Shown here piece by piece: positions 1 through 9,527 of a DNA stretch of 64,000 nt; positions within the stretch are counted from its first letter, which is position 1; every line of letters starts with the position of its first letter. Under the pieces are notes generated by a model, which was not told where the DNA came from, did no database searches, and worked only from the letters and a program-made list of their open reading frames with translations. The stretch spans positions 1,196-65,195 of the forward strand of contig JAUZOQ010000006.1 of NCBI GenBank assembly GCA_030706385.1, given 5' to 3'. Position numbers and translations under genes: made by a program. This DNA is from Bacteroidota bacterium. GTDB taxonomy: Bacteria; Bacteroidota; Ignavibacteria; Palsa-1295.

Positions 1-403
1 CTCGATTTCCATAGCTTTCACGGATAGAGGCTTTCAGTTTGTTCCAATGTGCACTATCCGATGTACTTCCATGATACGGTTCCACTAGACATGAAAGAAA
101 GGTTTGGGACGAATCCTGAGGATTAGAAAAAACCAATCGGTAAATGCGACGAGTTTCGTCGTATGATTCCTCGGCATCCCAGCCGGGATTGGCCTCAATT
201 GAAATATCGGTGAGTGTTGCATGAAAAACTCTCCGAAGACCAGGAAGGATGGTACTTGTTTGTGCCGGGTGTCTTATTTTCTTGTTCTGCGCATGTAGCT
301 TCAGGTTGAAAACAAAAAGCAGTGCGAGGGCTGAGCCGACGACTCCCAATTTTCGGAATGCGCAAACTTTTGACGAATCAGAATTGGCGGAACGCTTAGG
401 CAT
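1..403 (-). CDS. Hypothetical exported/membrane-anchored protein, runs off the window start (partial; not in the ORF track)
   Basis: Manual translation from ATG 403-401 gives MPKRSANSDSSKVCAFRKLGVVGSALALLFVFNLKLHAQ... with no stop before position 2. The start overlaps the stop of the upstream CDO gene, and a hydrophobic stretch ends in LHA-Q like a signal peptide. Confidence 0.7.
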   Translation of the reverse strand, partial: MPKRSANSDSSKVCAFRKLGVVGSALALLFVFNLKLHAQNKKIRHPAQTSTILPGLRRVFHATLTDISIEANPGWDAEESYDETRRIYRLVFSNPQDSSQTFLSCLVEPYHGSTSDSAHWNKLKASIRESYGNR

Positions 404-986
404 TCGTGACCTTGCTGTGAACACTGTTCCGGAACACGAATTTGTCTTTTTCGTGCTTCACAATATTCTCTGATTCCTTAGGAATCAACGCGGGATAATC
501 ATCGGTCACGTGATAGATATCGCCAGTTTTAAGGTCGAAAACTCGGACATCGGAAGTTGGAGGAGAATAGATATGTAGCCCAACGTATGGCTCCTCGGAG
601 GAAATATTCTGGAGCGAGTGGATCATTCCACTTTCAAGCCGCACGCATTCATGTGCCTTCATCGTCGCCCGTTCAAGCAGATCAAGAATTCCATCGTGCA
701 TCTCGTACCGAAAATGCTCAATCTCGCCGCTGTAGGCATAGACAATCCCAATCGCCGTCCCATGATCATGCACATCGCACCAGCCTCCTTTTGGCCAACA
801 TCCGACAATGACTTCGTAGCGATCGTTCAACGCGATCATCGAACGCCCATAGGGAAGCTCAAAAGCGGAGATAGCCATGATCTCTTCACGCAATGGAAGA
901 TTCTGTTCGAGTATACGTTCAAGTGTTTCTATTCGGTAATCTTCGGAATTTTCAAGAGCCTGCAAGAGGGCATCAATAGTGTTCAT
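396..986 (-). CDS. Cysteine dioxygenase-family (thiol dioxygenase) cupin
   Basis: WPKGGWCDVHDHG (HxH), IHSLQN (third His) and LHIYSPP motifs. Confidence 0.85.
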   Translation of the reverse strand: MNTIDALLQALENSEDYRIETLERILEQNLPLREEIMAISAFELPYGRSMIALNDRYEVIVGCWPKGGWCDVHDHGTAIGIVYAYSGEIEHFRYEMHDGILDLLERATMKAHECVRLESGMIHSLQNISSEEPYVGLHIYSPPTSDVRVFDLKTGDIYHVTDDYPALIPKESENIVKHEKDKFVFRNSVHSKVTNA

Positions 987-1215
987 CTACGGCAGATAGT
1001 ATTAATATGAAATCGCTGAATTCATTTGATAGTGTTAAATCTTAAAATAGGATATTTCATTCCTCTATTATTTAACGAAAATCGGAAACGACTCCAGACG
1101 AGTAGTTGTAACAAATCAGCAATTAGTCTCGTATAACGATTTGAATTTCCAAACTTACCATTGTTTCCCGGAGAGAAATTGCTGCCGCTCTTTCTCTGTA
1201 ATCCAAAAAATACTA

Positions 1216-1330
1216 AATAGTTAGATCAGACCCGCTGTGGCTTGGCATCCTATGGCTGGAGCCAGAACAGACCATGGTGCCGACTTCCGCAGATTCCGAC
1301 AGCGAGTATATCCGACTATTCTCGCTTTTT
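1216..1330. ncRNA. Candidate structured RNA or attenuator, family unassigned
   Basis: Nested complementary segments 1216-1226/1310-1320, 1230-1238/1299-1307, 1242-1249/1276-1283 plus an apical stem; alternative hairpin 1301-1326 followed by a T run. Confidence 0.4.
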
Positions 1331-1427
1331 GAACTCTTCTTGCGCTAGGTAGAAGGCGACAAATGTCACAAACGTAACTTTTGTGGTGTCAATGTGTTAT
1401 AATATTGAACGCGTAACGATCGATTTC

Positions 1428-3545
1428 ATGCCCACCCTTTCATACCGAACTGCATCGGCAGTACTTCTGCTGGTTACTCTTCCCCTGATGGGGGTTGCGC
1501 AACTGCGTATTGCCACTGACCGAGATACTGTTGATTTTACAAAAGTAAAATTTGGATACTCCCGTGATGCAACAATCCGTGTTCTGAATATCTCGACTTC
1601 AACGGTCGATGTGAATACTATGACAATTGTGGACCAGAACTCGGTTGCAGGAGAATTCCAGATCATCGTTCCACAACCAACGACATACCACATCGATTCA
1701 GGTGACGGTCGGTCAGTTATTCTCAGATTTCGGCCGAGCTCATCAGGAATTCGAACAGCAGCACTTGAAATATTCACAGATGATGGAATAAAGGAAGTTA
1801 TTCTCAATGGCGAAGGATCGACAATACAGCCGGATATTCTTGTAGTACCGCAATCTATTGATTTCGGAATGTTAGCCCCGGGTGAATTCAAGGACACTAC
1901 AATTCTTGTCATTAGCGGAGATAAGGATAGCGCTACTATTCAGTGGATTAACGTAGCCAATGATAATGGTGAGATCGACTTTGATGTTGCTCCATTAGAT
2001 CCTAATGTTAGCTTTCCAATAGGAATAAAAACAGGCGATACAATAGTATTGAATGCGCGTTTTATCGGTCAGAATTTCAGTGGCCCAAGAACCGGTAGAG
2101 CAACAATGGAAGGTGAGGTCAGCGGCGGAATACTTTGTCTGTTCCGCGGGGCCGTGGGGATACCGGATATGGTATTCACCCCACAACTTCTGGACTTGGG
2201 AGTTGTGCCGCAAGGCTCTTCGGTGGATACATTCATTTCAATCTCAAGCATTGGCGAATCCTCGGTGAAATTGCAGAAGATCGATCCGCCGAATCCCCCT
2301 TACTCGATATCCCAAGTTCCGTCTTTTCCTTATTCGGTAGCGCCTGGTGATTCGCTAAAGATCGGAGTTCATTTCACTGCGACGAATCCGGGAGATTTCG
2401 AGGAGGGGATATCTGCATATTCGAAGAACGGAAAGGCACAAACGATAAACCGATCAGCTCTGCTTAAGGCTATCGTCATACCGAGCGTTCTTACTAAACA
2501 ATCTCCGACACCATTTGTGGTTTCCTGCGCCGTGGATTCACAATACCAGAGAATTCTCTCAATCTCCGACACGGGAATTTATCAAATTTCAGTGAGCGGC
2601 GTTGCCTGCAGTGATCCTGACATTAAGATCCAATATCCAAGGCTTTTTCCAGATACCATCCGTCCCGGAGAGTCTCGAAACATCGTCATAAATTATGATG
2701 CACATTCAAATTCTAGTGGAGGCAATCATTCTCTCATCGTAGATGTACTGACTGGTGGAAGAGTTGTAATTGCCGATACAGTTCGGGTGATAGTTCAACC
2801 GGAAACTGCGAAACTGGCAATTGCTCGATTCGTCTCACAGACTTCAGCATATATTGATGATATCGGAATCGTGACTCAAAGTGATATTGCCCGCTACAAG
2901 ATCTCGAATCTCACCCTTGCGGTCACGATCGATCCATCGGATGTTGCGGAGATCGATACCCAAAACGTTGTGATTGATCAATCAATTTTTCCGGACGCTA
3001 CTGCGAAGACAACATTTGATCGGTTGTCAGGAATCTATTCTATTGACATTTCGTCGACGACGCTATTGCCCTCAAGCCCTCTTCATGCTTTTGTGCACAT
3101 TCCGATTAAGTATTATATAGCAAAAGATTCTTCTGCAATTCTAAGAATTACGACTAGTAGTTCGGATGAAGTGGGATGTTTAGGCTTTGAAGACGACAGC
3201 ATCACTATTTCTTCCTCTGGTAATTGCGGAGATGGATTAGTCCGTAAACAATTGAAGAACACAAACCTATTTACCGTAACTAATGTCCTTCCAAATCCGG
3301 TTCGCGGTGATAGGGTGCGGATATCCTTTACTAACGCTGACGATATGAGCATGCTAGCTGAACTTGCCGATATTACTGGGAAAAGAGTTCTACGCTTGGA
3401 TGCGGGTTATTTCCTTAAAGGACTGAATACTACCACTCTAAAACTTCCGTCTCTTGCATCGGGAGAATACAATCTTCATCTGATAGGCAAAATGTCGGAT
3501 GGGAAGGAAGCTGAAATGTTCGAAACCTTAATTCTTGCTCAATAA
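1428..3545 (+). CDS. Secreted protein with tandem Ig-like (ASH/choice-of-anchor D-like) domains and a T9SS type A C-terminal domain
   Basis: Signal peptide after ATG 1428; repeated xDFG/LDLG...F.P/F.G modules; C-terminal VLPNP...DITGK...LASGEY. Confidence 0.8.
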   Translation: MPTLSYRTASAVLLLVTLPLMGVAQLRIATDRDTVDFTKVKFGYSRDATIRVLNISTSTVDVNTMTIVDQNSVAGEFQIIVPQPTTYHIDSGDGRSVILRFRPSSSGIRTAALEIFTDDGIKEVILNGEGSTIQPDILVVPQSIDFGMLAPGEFKDTTILVISGDKDSATIQWINVANDNGEIDFDVAPLDPNVSFPIGIKTGDTIVLNARFIGQNFSGPRTGRATMEGEVSGGILCLFRGAVGIPDMVFTPQLLDLGVVPQGSSVDTFISISSIGESSVKLQKIDPPNPPYSISQVPSFPYSVAPGDSLKIGVHFTATNPGDFEEGISAYSKNGKAQTINRSALLKAIVIPSVLTKQSPTPFVVSCAVDSQYQRILSISDTGIYQISVSGVACSDPDIKIQYPRLFPDTIRPGESRNIVINYDAHSNSSGGNHSLIVDVLTGGRVVIADTVRVIVQPETAKLAIARFVSQTSAYIDDIGIVTQSDIARYKISNLTLAVTIDPSDVAEIDTQNVVIDQSIFPDATAKTTFDRLSGIYSIDISSTTLLPSSPLHAFVHIPIKYYIAKDSSAILRITTSSSDEVGCLGFEDDSITISSSGNCGDGLVRKQLKNTNLFTVTNVLPNPVRGDRVRISFTNADDMSMLAELADITGKRVLRLDAGYFLKGLNTTTLKLPSLASGEYNLHLIGKMSDGKEAEMFETLILAQ

Positions 3546-4136
3546 TTGGCTCTCGATCCTCTCATTGAAAGTCGGGCCATTATGCGCGCAAATGCCATTG
3601 CATTGCGCGAGGCAATTCCGGAAGCAAAACGTAATTACTATACTAAGAGAATTCGCGAGAAAACTATTGCCTATCTGGCCTCTATTTCAGCGAAGTTTGT
3701 CCATATTTATATTGGGTTTAAATCAGAAGTTGGAACACTGGGTATCATTGAGGATCTCTTAGAATCAAATCTGAAAGTTGCTGTTCCAGTAATCGCAGGT
3801 GAGGGGAAGGACCTACATATGGTTCATGCCCGACTTGATAATCTCGCGAATGTTCGTACCGGAAAATTTGGAATACCTGAGCCCACAGTTGTACATGAAA
3901 TCTCTATTGAAGATCTTGATGCCGTCATTGTTCCGATGGTAGCCTTCGACGCCAGAGGTATGAGACTTGGGTATGGCAAAGGGTTTTACGACAGATTTCT
4001 CGCTACACTTTCACCAAAAACAGTCCGCATAGGACTTGCCTTTTCTCAACAAGAAATGGATAGGATCCCCATGTTATCCCACGATGAGCTAATAAATAAT
4101 ATTTTGACTGAACAATCTCACTTTTTTTTCAAGTAG
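3546..4136 (+). CDS. 5-formyltetrahydrofolate cyclo-ligase
   Basis: GIPEP and VPMVAFDARGMRLGYGKGFYDRFL motifs. Confidence 0.93.
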   Translation: MALDPLIESRAIMRANAIALREAIPEAKRNYYTKRIREKTIAYLASISAKFVHIYIGFKSEVGTLGIIEDLLESNLKVAVPVIAGEGKDLHMVHARLDNLANVRTGKFGIPEPTVVHEISIEDLDAVIVPMVAFDARGMRLGYGKGFYDRFLATLSPKTVRIGLAFSQQEMDRIPMLSHDELINNILTEQSHFFFK

Positions 4137-4318
4137 GCGATACAATCATGTTTCCATTGTAGTATATTTGAATCCGAAACAACAAGATTCCTGAATCGAT
4201 CGTCTTAGGTTTTGCCCCTTCGACACATAGTTTGCAGACGATTTAGGTTATTAGGATTACAGCACTTATCATCAACAAAATTGTCCCAAGGGCAAGTTTG
4301 GTTTATCGTCTATTATTT

Positions 4319-6478
4319 ATGAAAAAACTAATTGCGTTTCTCACAATTGCGATTGTGCTCGTGAATTTCACGGCATACGCGCAACAAACGTCAATGAGCA
4401 ATGTTCCCCGAACGATTAGTTATCAAGGCTATCTTGTCGATGCCATGAGTAATCCGTTATCCGGTGATCATATCATTACAGTTAATCTCTATGATTCCCC
4501 GATCGAAGGGACGCTGCTACACAGCGAAAAATTTACTTCACACGTTGAGCGCGGAGTATTTTCGGTCGCCATCGGATCAAGTGAGCCAATCGAGTCATCA
4601 CTCCATTTTGATAAGCCATATTGGCTCGGAGTAAGTGTTGACGGCGGCGGCGAACTATCACCACGCACGGCACTAGCGTCGGTTCCGTATGCAATGCATG
4701 CTGATGCTGCAAGTTCACTTAGCAAGGGTGCTGCCGGTGCAGTTACGACGGTCAATGGCAGAAGTGGCGACTTAATTCTCAAAGCGGGCGAAGGAACATT
4801 CCTTCAGACCGAAGGAAAGACGATTACTATTAATGCCATTTCTACAGGCTCCAGCGGTGTCAACTTTACACAGGGACTAGGTAATGTTAGCAGTGTTACT
4901 GGAACAACGAATCAAATAACCGCTTCTCCGACTTCCGGTAACGTTGTCTTAACACTACCTCAGAATATTCACTCAGGTGCGACTCCGGTATTTGCTGGCA
5001 TGACTCTTTCAAGTCTTACCACGCCGGGTGTAGTGCACAACAATGGAACGGGCGCTCTCTCTACGTCAACGATTGTCAATGCTGACGTATCTGCAACTGC
5101 TGACATTGCTGACACAAAACTTGCTACAATATCAACTTCTGGTAAAGTATCTAATTCGGCAACTACTGCTTCTTCTACAAATACGGCAAACACTATCGTA
5201 TTACGAGATGGATCAGGGAATTTCAGCGCAGGAACAATTACAGCTGTAGGGATGACCCTCAGCGGGAAAGTTAGTTCTGCTGCTACTTCTGCCGGAGATC
5301 CGGCAACATGCCTGACAACTAAAGGTTATGTGGATAATTCCGTAGCTTCAGCGTGGAATACGACTGGAAACAACGGACTAAGTACAGATAACTATCTCGG
5401 AACAAATGATGCCACCGATCTCTCGTTGCGTACTAGTGGCGCAGAGAGAATGAAAATTACCTCTGATGGCAGCATGGTTCTAGCAGGCACTTCTGGTAGT
5501 GTTCCGGTTTCTGGATTCGGTACTCGTATGATGTGGGTTCCATCTCTCGGGGCAATTCGTGCTGGTCGAGCCGATGGTTCGGAATGGGACGCTGCAAGCG
5601 AAGGAGCGCAATCAGTCGCAATGGGCTATGGTACGCTGGCCAGCGGTGCGCAATCGGTTGCTATGGGATTCTTCTCATCAGCTTATGGGACGGCTTCAAC
5701 TGCCTTCGGATCGGGAGCCAGCGCCTTCGTAGATGGGTCTACGGCCCTAGGAAGCGCTGTACAGGCTGCCGGGTATAATTCAGTCGCGCTTGGCGATAAC
5801 TCAACAGCATTCGGCGACGGCTCTGTCGCCATTGGTGGAAGCACGACAGCTAATGGATTGTATTCTACGACGATGGGGTATAACACGACAACCATGAATA
5901 ACTACGGAACGGCTATGGGCAAGAATCTGACTGTTGGTCTATCCAGTTTTGGATTTAACGGCAGCACGACCAATACCACAGTCAATGTCTCCGGGATGAA
6001 TAATGTGGCATATTTTGGCGATGTCGACCTCATCGTTGGCAACGAAGATAACACCGCACGTTCACTTAGACTCTATGGACCAAACAGCAGCAGTACTCTC
6101 AGCACAGGAAAATATACTGCTTTCAAAGCACGCTCTCAGAGCGCCAACATCACGTATTTACTGCCGACTGCTCAAGGAGCCAGCGGAAGCGTTCTTTCGA
6201 ATGATGGAGTAGGGAATTTGAGTTGGAAGGCACCGGTCTCCGCATATGGAACCACTTCAGCTGGTGGTACGATCAGCATCCCGTCCAACACGTCAGTGGT
6301 AAAGATCACCAATGATGCAGATTCACTCGCCAATTCCGTGACAATGCCCTCTGGAACAAACGGGCAGATCATCTACATCTATAACGATGATGATCAGGAC
6401 ACTTCAGGAGACGTTACGATCGCCGCTCATACGATGGGGTTATTCGTTTACGTTGATGGATGGAGAAAATCTAATTGA
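4319..6478 (+). CDS. Secreted mosaic fibre/adhesin-like protein with tail-fibre-like segments and YadA-head-like repeats
   Basis: Signal peptide MKKLIAF...AYA-QQ; N-terminal ISYQG...PR..LASVPYA domain; Ser/Thr/Gly-rich shaft; 14-aa repeats. Confidence 0.7.
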   Translation: MKKLIAFLTIAIVLVNFTAYAQQTSMSNVPRTISYQGYLVDAMSNPLSGDHIITVNLYDSPIEGTLLHSEKFTSHVERGVFSVAIGSSEPIESSLHFDKPYWLGVSVDGGGELSPRTALASVPYAMHADAASSLSKGAAGAVTTVNGRSGDLILKAGEGTFLQTEGKTITINAISTGSSGVNFTQGLGNVSSVTGTTNQITASPTSGNVVLTLPQNIHSGATPVFAGMTLSSLTTPGVVHNNGTGALSTSTIVNADVSATADIADTKLATISTSGKVSNSATTASSTNTANTIVLRDGSGNFSAGTITAVGMTLSGKVSSAATSAGDPATCLTTKGYVDNSVASAWNTTGNNGLSTDNYLGTNDATDLSLRTSGAERMKITSDGSMVLAGTSGSVPVSGFGTRMMWVPSLGAIRAGRADGSEWDAASEGAQSVAMGYGTLASGAQSVAMGFFSSAYGTASTAFGSGASAFVDGSTALGSAVQAAGYNSVALGDNSTAFGDGSVAIGGSTTANGLYSTTMGYNTTTMNNYGTAMGKNLTVGLSSFGFNGSTTNTTVNVSGMNNVAYFGDVDLIVGNEDNTARSLRLYGPNSSSTLSTGKYTAFKARSQSANITYLLPTAQGASGSVLSNDGVGNLSWKAPVSAYGTTSAGGTISIPSNTSVVKITNDADSLANSVTMPSGTNGQIIYIYNDDDQDTSGDVTIAAHTMGLFVYVDGWRKSN
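5603..5938 (+). repeat. Eight degenerate 14-residue (42-bp) YadA-head-like coding repeats
   Basis: GAQSVAMGYGTLAS/GAQSVAMGFFSSAY/GTASTAFGSGASAF/VDGSTALGSAVQAA/GYNSVALGDNSTAF/GDGSVAIGGSTTAN/GLYSTTMGYNTTTM/NNYGTAMGKNLTVG. Confidence 0.8.
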
Positions 6479-6507
6479 TTTTATTTTAATACAGAGAGAG
6501 AGTATAG

Positions 6508-6535
6508 AAAGGCGGATAATTTATCCGCCTTTTTT
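6508..6535. terminator. Intrinsic terminator, probably bidirectional, between the fibre gene and polA
   Basis: aaaggcggataa-t-ttatccgccttt followed by a T run, between convergent genes. Confidence 0.85.
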
Positions 6536-6536
6536 A

Positions 6537-9428
6537 TTAGTGTGCGTCAAACCACGTGTTCCCAAATCCATAGTCCACTTCAATGACTACATCCATTGGT
6601 ATGGCATTTATCATTTTGTCCTTGACCAATTCAGCCAGTTCCTCATTTTCTTTCGGGTAAACATCGAAAACGAGTTCATCATGAACTTGCATGATCATCA
6701 GCGACTTCAGGTCTCTCTTCTCGATCTCGCGCTGAATATTGATCATTGCGATCTTTAAAAGTTCTGCAGCAGTGCCTTGGATAGGCATATTGATTGCTGC
6801 TCGCTCGTCCTGAGCACGAACTACGGCATTCGAAGCATTGATGTTCGTCATATAACGTCTTCTCCCAAGCAGCGTCTGAACATATCCTGTCTTTTTAGCG
6901 AAGGCGATGGTCGAATCGATGAAATGTTTTACCGTAGGAAAGGCGGTAAAGTAATTCTTAATAATTTGTGATCCTTCTTCCCTCGAAATGCCAAGCCTGT
7001 TAGCGAGTCCGAATGCACCAATACCATACATGATTCCATAGTTAATTTCCTTTGCCTTGCGGCGCATATCCCTTGTTACGTCTTCAGGCTTGACACCGAA
7101 AACTTTCGCCGAAGTCTGCGTATGGATGTCTTCTTTGTTTCTGAAGGCAGTAAGAAGCGCCTCATCTTTTGCGACATGTGCCATAATCCGAAGTTCGATT
7201 TGAGAATAGTCGGCGGAGAGTATTTGCCCACCATTAAATCGTGAGACGAAGGCTTTGCGCAAACCACGTCCCATTTCAGTGCGAACCGGAATATTCTGCA
7301 AATTTGGATCATTTGATGAAAGCCTCCCGGTAGCAGCCACAGCTTGATTGTATGTTGTATGGATCAGTCCGGTTTCCTTGTTGACAAGGAGTGGGATTGC
7401 ATCCACATAGGTGCTTCGGAGTTTCTGATACTGTCGATATTCGAGGATGGAAGCCGCAATTGGGTGATGCGCCTTCAATTGTTCCAATACACCGGCATCG
7501 GTTGAGAAGCCGGTTTTCGTTTTCTTGATTGTTGGAAGCCCAAGCTTATTAAATAGTAAGTCGCCAAGTTGTTTGGTTGAATCGATATTGAATTTGTCAC
7601 CTGCATATTCATAGATCTGCGTACAAAGATTCTGAGCCTCACGCTCCATTTCTTTGCTTACTTCGGCCAACATTACAGTATTAATCTTCACGCCATTGAA
7701 TTCGACTGTTGTCAGAACATCAATGAGGGGAAACTCTACTGAGTTACATAGATTGAGCAATCCCTGTTTTTCAACTTCCGGAATTAGAGCGCTCTTCAAT
7801 TGCAGAGTAATGTCGGCATCCTCTGCGCCATACTCCGAAAGAATTGGTGTCGGAATAGAGGCCATGATATCGTGAGAACTCTCTTTCTTAAGTTTGCCTG
7901 CTATGGCAGATAATGGGATGGGCTGATACTTCAGATAACGCAAAGATAAATCGTCCATCGATTGCATCCCTTCACCATGGAGAATTGATGCTGCAATCAT
8001 GGTATCAAAGCTAAGGGGTTTGATATGGATACCATGCCGCCGAAGTATTAATGCGTCATATTTGATATTTTGACCAATCTTGCCGATCTTCGGATTCTCT
8101 AAGACGGGTCTTATTTTTGGTAGCAATGTCTCAAGCAGCATACCGGTATTTGATGCGTTTGGCTCGCTACTCTTTATTCGTTCCTCATGCTTGTTCTCTG
8201 CAAAAAGAGATTCAGATTGAATTGGATTACCTTTTGTGAGTAATATCGGAATGTAATATGCTTCCCCTTTTTTTACTGAGAATGACATTCCTATTATTTC
8301 TGCAGACATGGCGCGGTTAGAAGTCGTTTCCAGATCGATACAGAATTCATCGGCCTTTGTAAGTTGGGCAAGGAGAGGCTTCAATTCAGCTTCAGAAGAT
8401 ACCGTACGATAATTGTGAGGTGTCGATTGAATAGTCTGTATTGGCCCTTCCAAAGGAACAGGGATTTGCTCGATCACTTCTTCCTCGACCAACGACGGAG
8501 CTGTAATTTCAGCTGGCGTTGGCTCTGACCCGAGAAATTCCTTTTCTTCGGCTTTAAGCTTCAAGAGAAGAGTCTTGAAACCAAGATCGACCAACATCTC
8601 CTCAAGTTTTCGGAAATCGGGAAGTTTTGAATAGCGGAGTGTATCGATACCGAATCCGAGCGGCACCTTCATATCGATAGTCGCTAGCTTCTGTGATAAC
8701 AAAGCATTCTCGCGTTCATTCGTTAGTTTCTCTTTCAGCGCCTTTTTAGTGATTGCCTCCAGATTCTGATAGATGCCGTTCAGGTCACCATATTGCTGTA
8801 ATAACGGAGTAGCTGTTTTTTCGCCGACACCACGAACGCCTGGAATATTGTCGCTTGAATCACCAACCAAAGCGAGATAATCAATGAATTGATTTGGCTT
8901 CAATCCATATTTCTTCACGACAGCATCTTCATCTAAGAGATCCATTAATGTACTATCCTTCGGACGCATTAACTTGATGTGTTGAGTAACAAGTTGGCAA
9001 AAGTCCTTATCCGGCGTGATGATTATTGTTTCGAGATTGTTCTGTTCTGCCAAATGTGATAACGTACCGATAATATCATCCGCCTCAAAACCATCGAGTT
9101 CGACCAAAGGAATGTTATACGCTTTTGTAATATCCTTGATGATTTTGATTTGCGGTCGCATATCTTCAGGCATTGCCTGACGCTGGGCTTTATATGCGGG
9201 ATACATCACATGTCGAAAAGTCGGAGCCGGTGTGTCGAAACAGACTGCCGCAAAATCGGGCTTATGCTTATCCAGAAATTGAAGAATCGCATTAACAAAC
9301 CCATATACTGCACTGGTATTCTCACCGCGAGAATTCGTGAGCGGGTGACCGATAAAAGCGAAATACGCGCGGTAGGCAATGGCCATTCCGTCGATGAGTA
9401 CCAGAAGTGGTGAATTATTTTCGGGCAT
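6537..9428 (-). CDS. polA: DNA polymerase I
   Basis: 5'-3' exonuclease domain (LIDG, EADDIIG, GDSSDNIPGV), DLET 3'-5' exonuclease motif, ADYSQIELR, QVHDELVF. Confidence 0.99.
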   Translation of the reverse strand: MPENNSPLLVLIDGMAIAYRAYFAFIGHPLTNSRGENTSAVYGFVNAILQFLDKHKPDFAAVCFDTPAPTFRHVMYPAYKAQRQAMPEDMRPQIKIIKDITKAYNIPLVELDGFEADDIIGTLSHLAEQNNLETIIITPDKDFCQLVTQHIKLMRPKDSTLMDLLDEDAVVKKYGLKPNQFIDYLALVGDSSDNIPGVRGVGEKTATPLLQQYGDLNGIYQNLEAITKKALKEKLTNERENALLSQKLATIDMKVPLGFGIDTLRYSKLPDFRKLEEMLVDLGFKTLLLKLKAEEKEFLGSEPTPAEITAPSLVEEEVIEQIPVPLEGPIQTIQSTPHNYRTVSSEAELKPLLAQLTKADEFCIDLETTSNRAMSAEIIGMSFSVKKGEAYYIPILLTKGNPIQSESLFAENKHEERIKSSEPNASNTGMLLETLLPKIRPVLENPKIGKIGQNIKYDALILRRHGIHIKPLSFDTMIAASILHGEGMQSMDDLSLRYLKYQPIPLSAIAGKLKKESSHDIMASIPTPILSEYGAEDADITLQLKSALIPEVEKQGLLNLCNSVEFPLIDVLTTVEFNGVKINTVMLAEVSKEMEREAQNLCTQIYEYAGDKFNIDSTKQLGDLLFNKLGLPTIKKTKTGFSTDAGVLEQLKAHHPIAASILEYRQYQKLRSTYVDAIPLLVNKETGLIHTTYNQAVAATGRLSSNDPNLQNIPVRTEMGRGLRKAFVSRFNGGQILSADYSQIELRIMAHVAKDEALLTAFRNKEDIHTQTSAKVFGVKPEDVTRDMRRKAKEINYGIMYGIGAFGLANRLGISREEGSQIIKNYFTAFPTVKHFIDSTIAFAKKTGYVQTLLGRRRYMTNINASNAVVRAQDERAAINMPIQGTAAELLKIAMINIQREIEKRDLKSLMIMQVHDELVFDVYPKENEELAELVKDKMINAIPMDVVIEVDYGFGNTWFDAH

Positions 9429-9527
9429 GTAACTTTTTATGTGGAATTAGGGAAATATAACGATAATGCGGCCGAAATAAAGCCGAGGATAGCTCTCGGA
9501 TATTCGATTCTAAATTTTATTTTTTCA

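Noticed and set aside
4221..4236. Sigma-54-like CGACACATAGTTTGCA upstream of the unlinked fibre gene
   Set aside because: It has GA in place of the near-invariant GG at -24, and a TAnnTTTG element at 4163 offers a simpler promoter.
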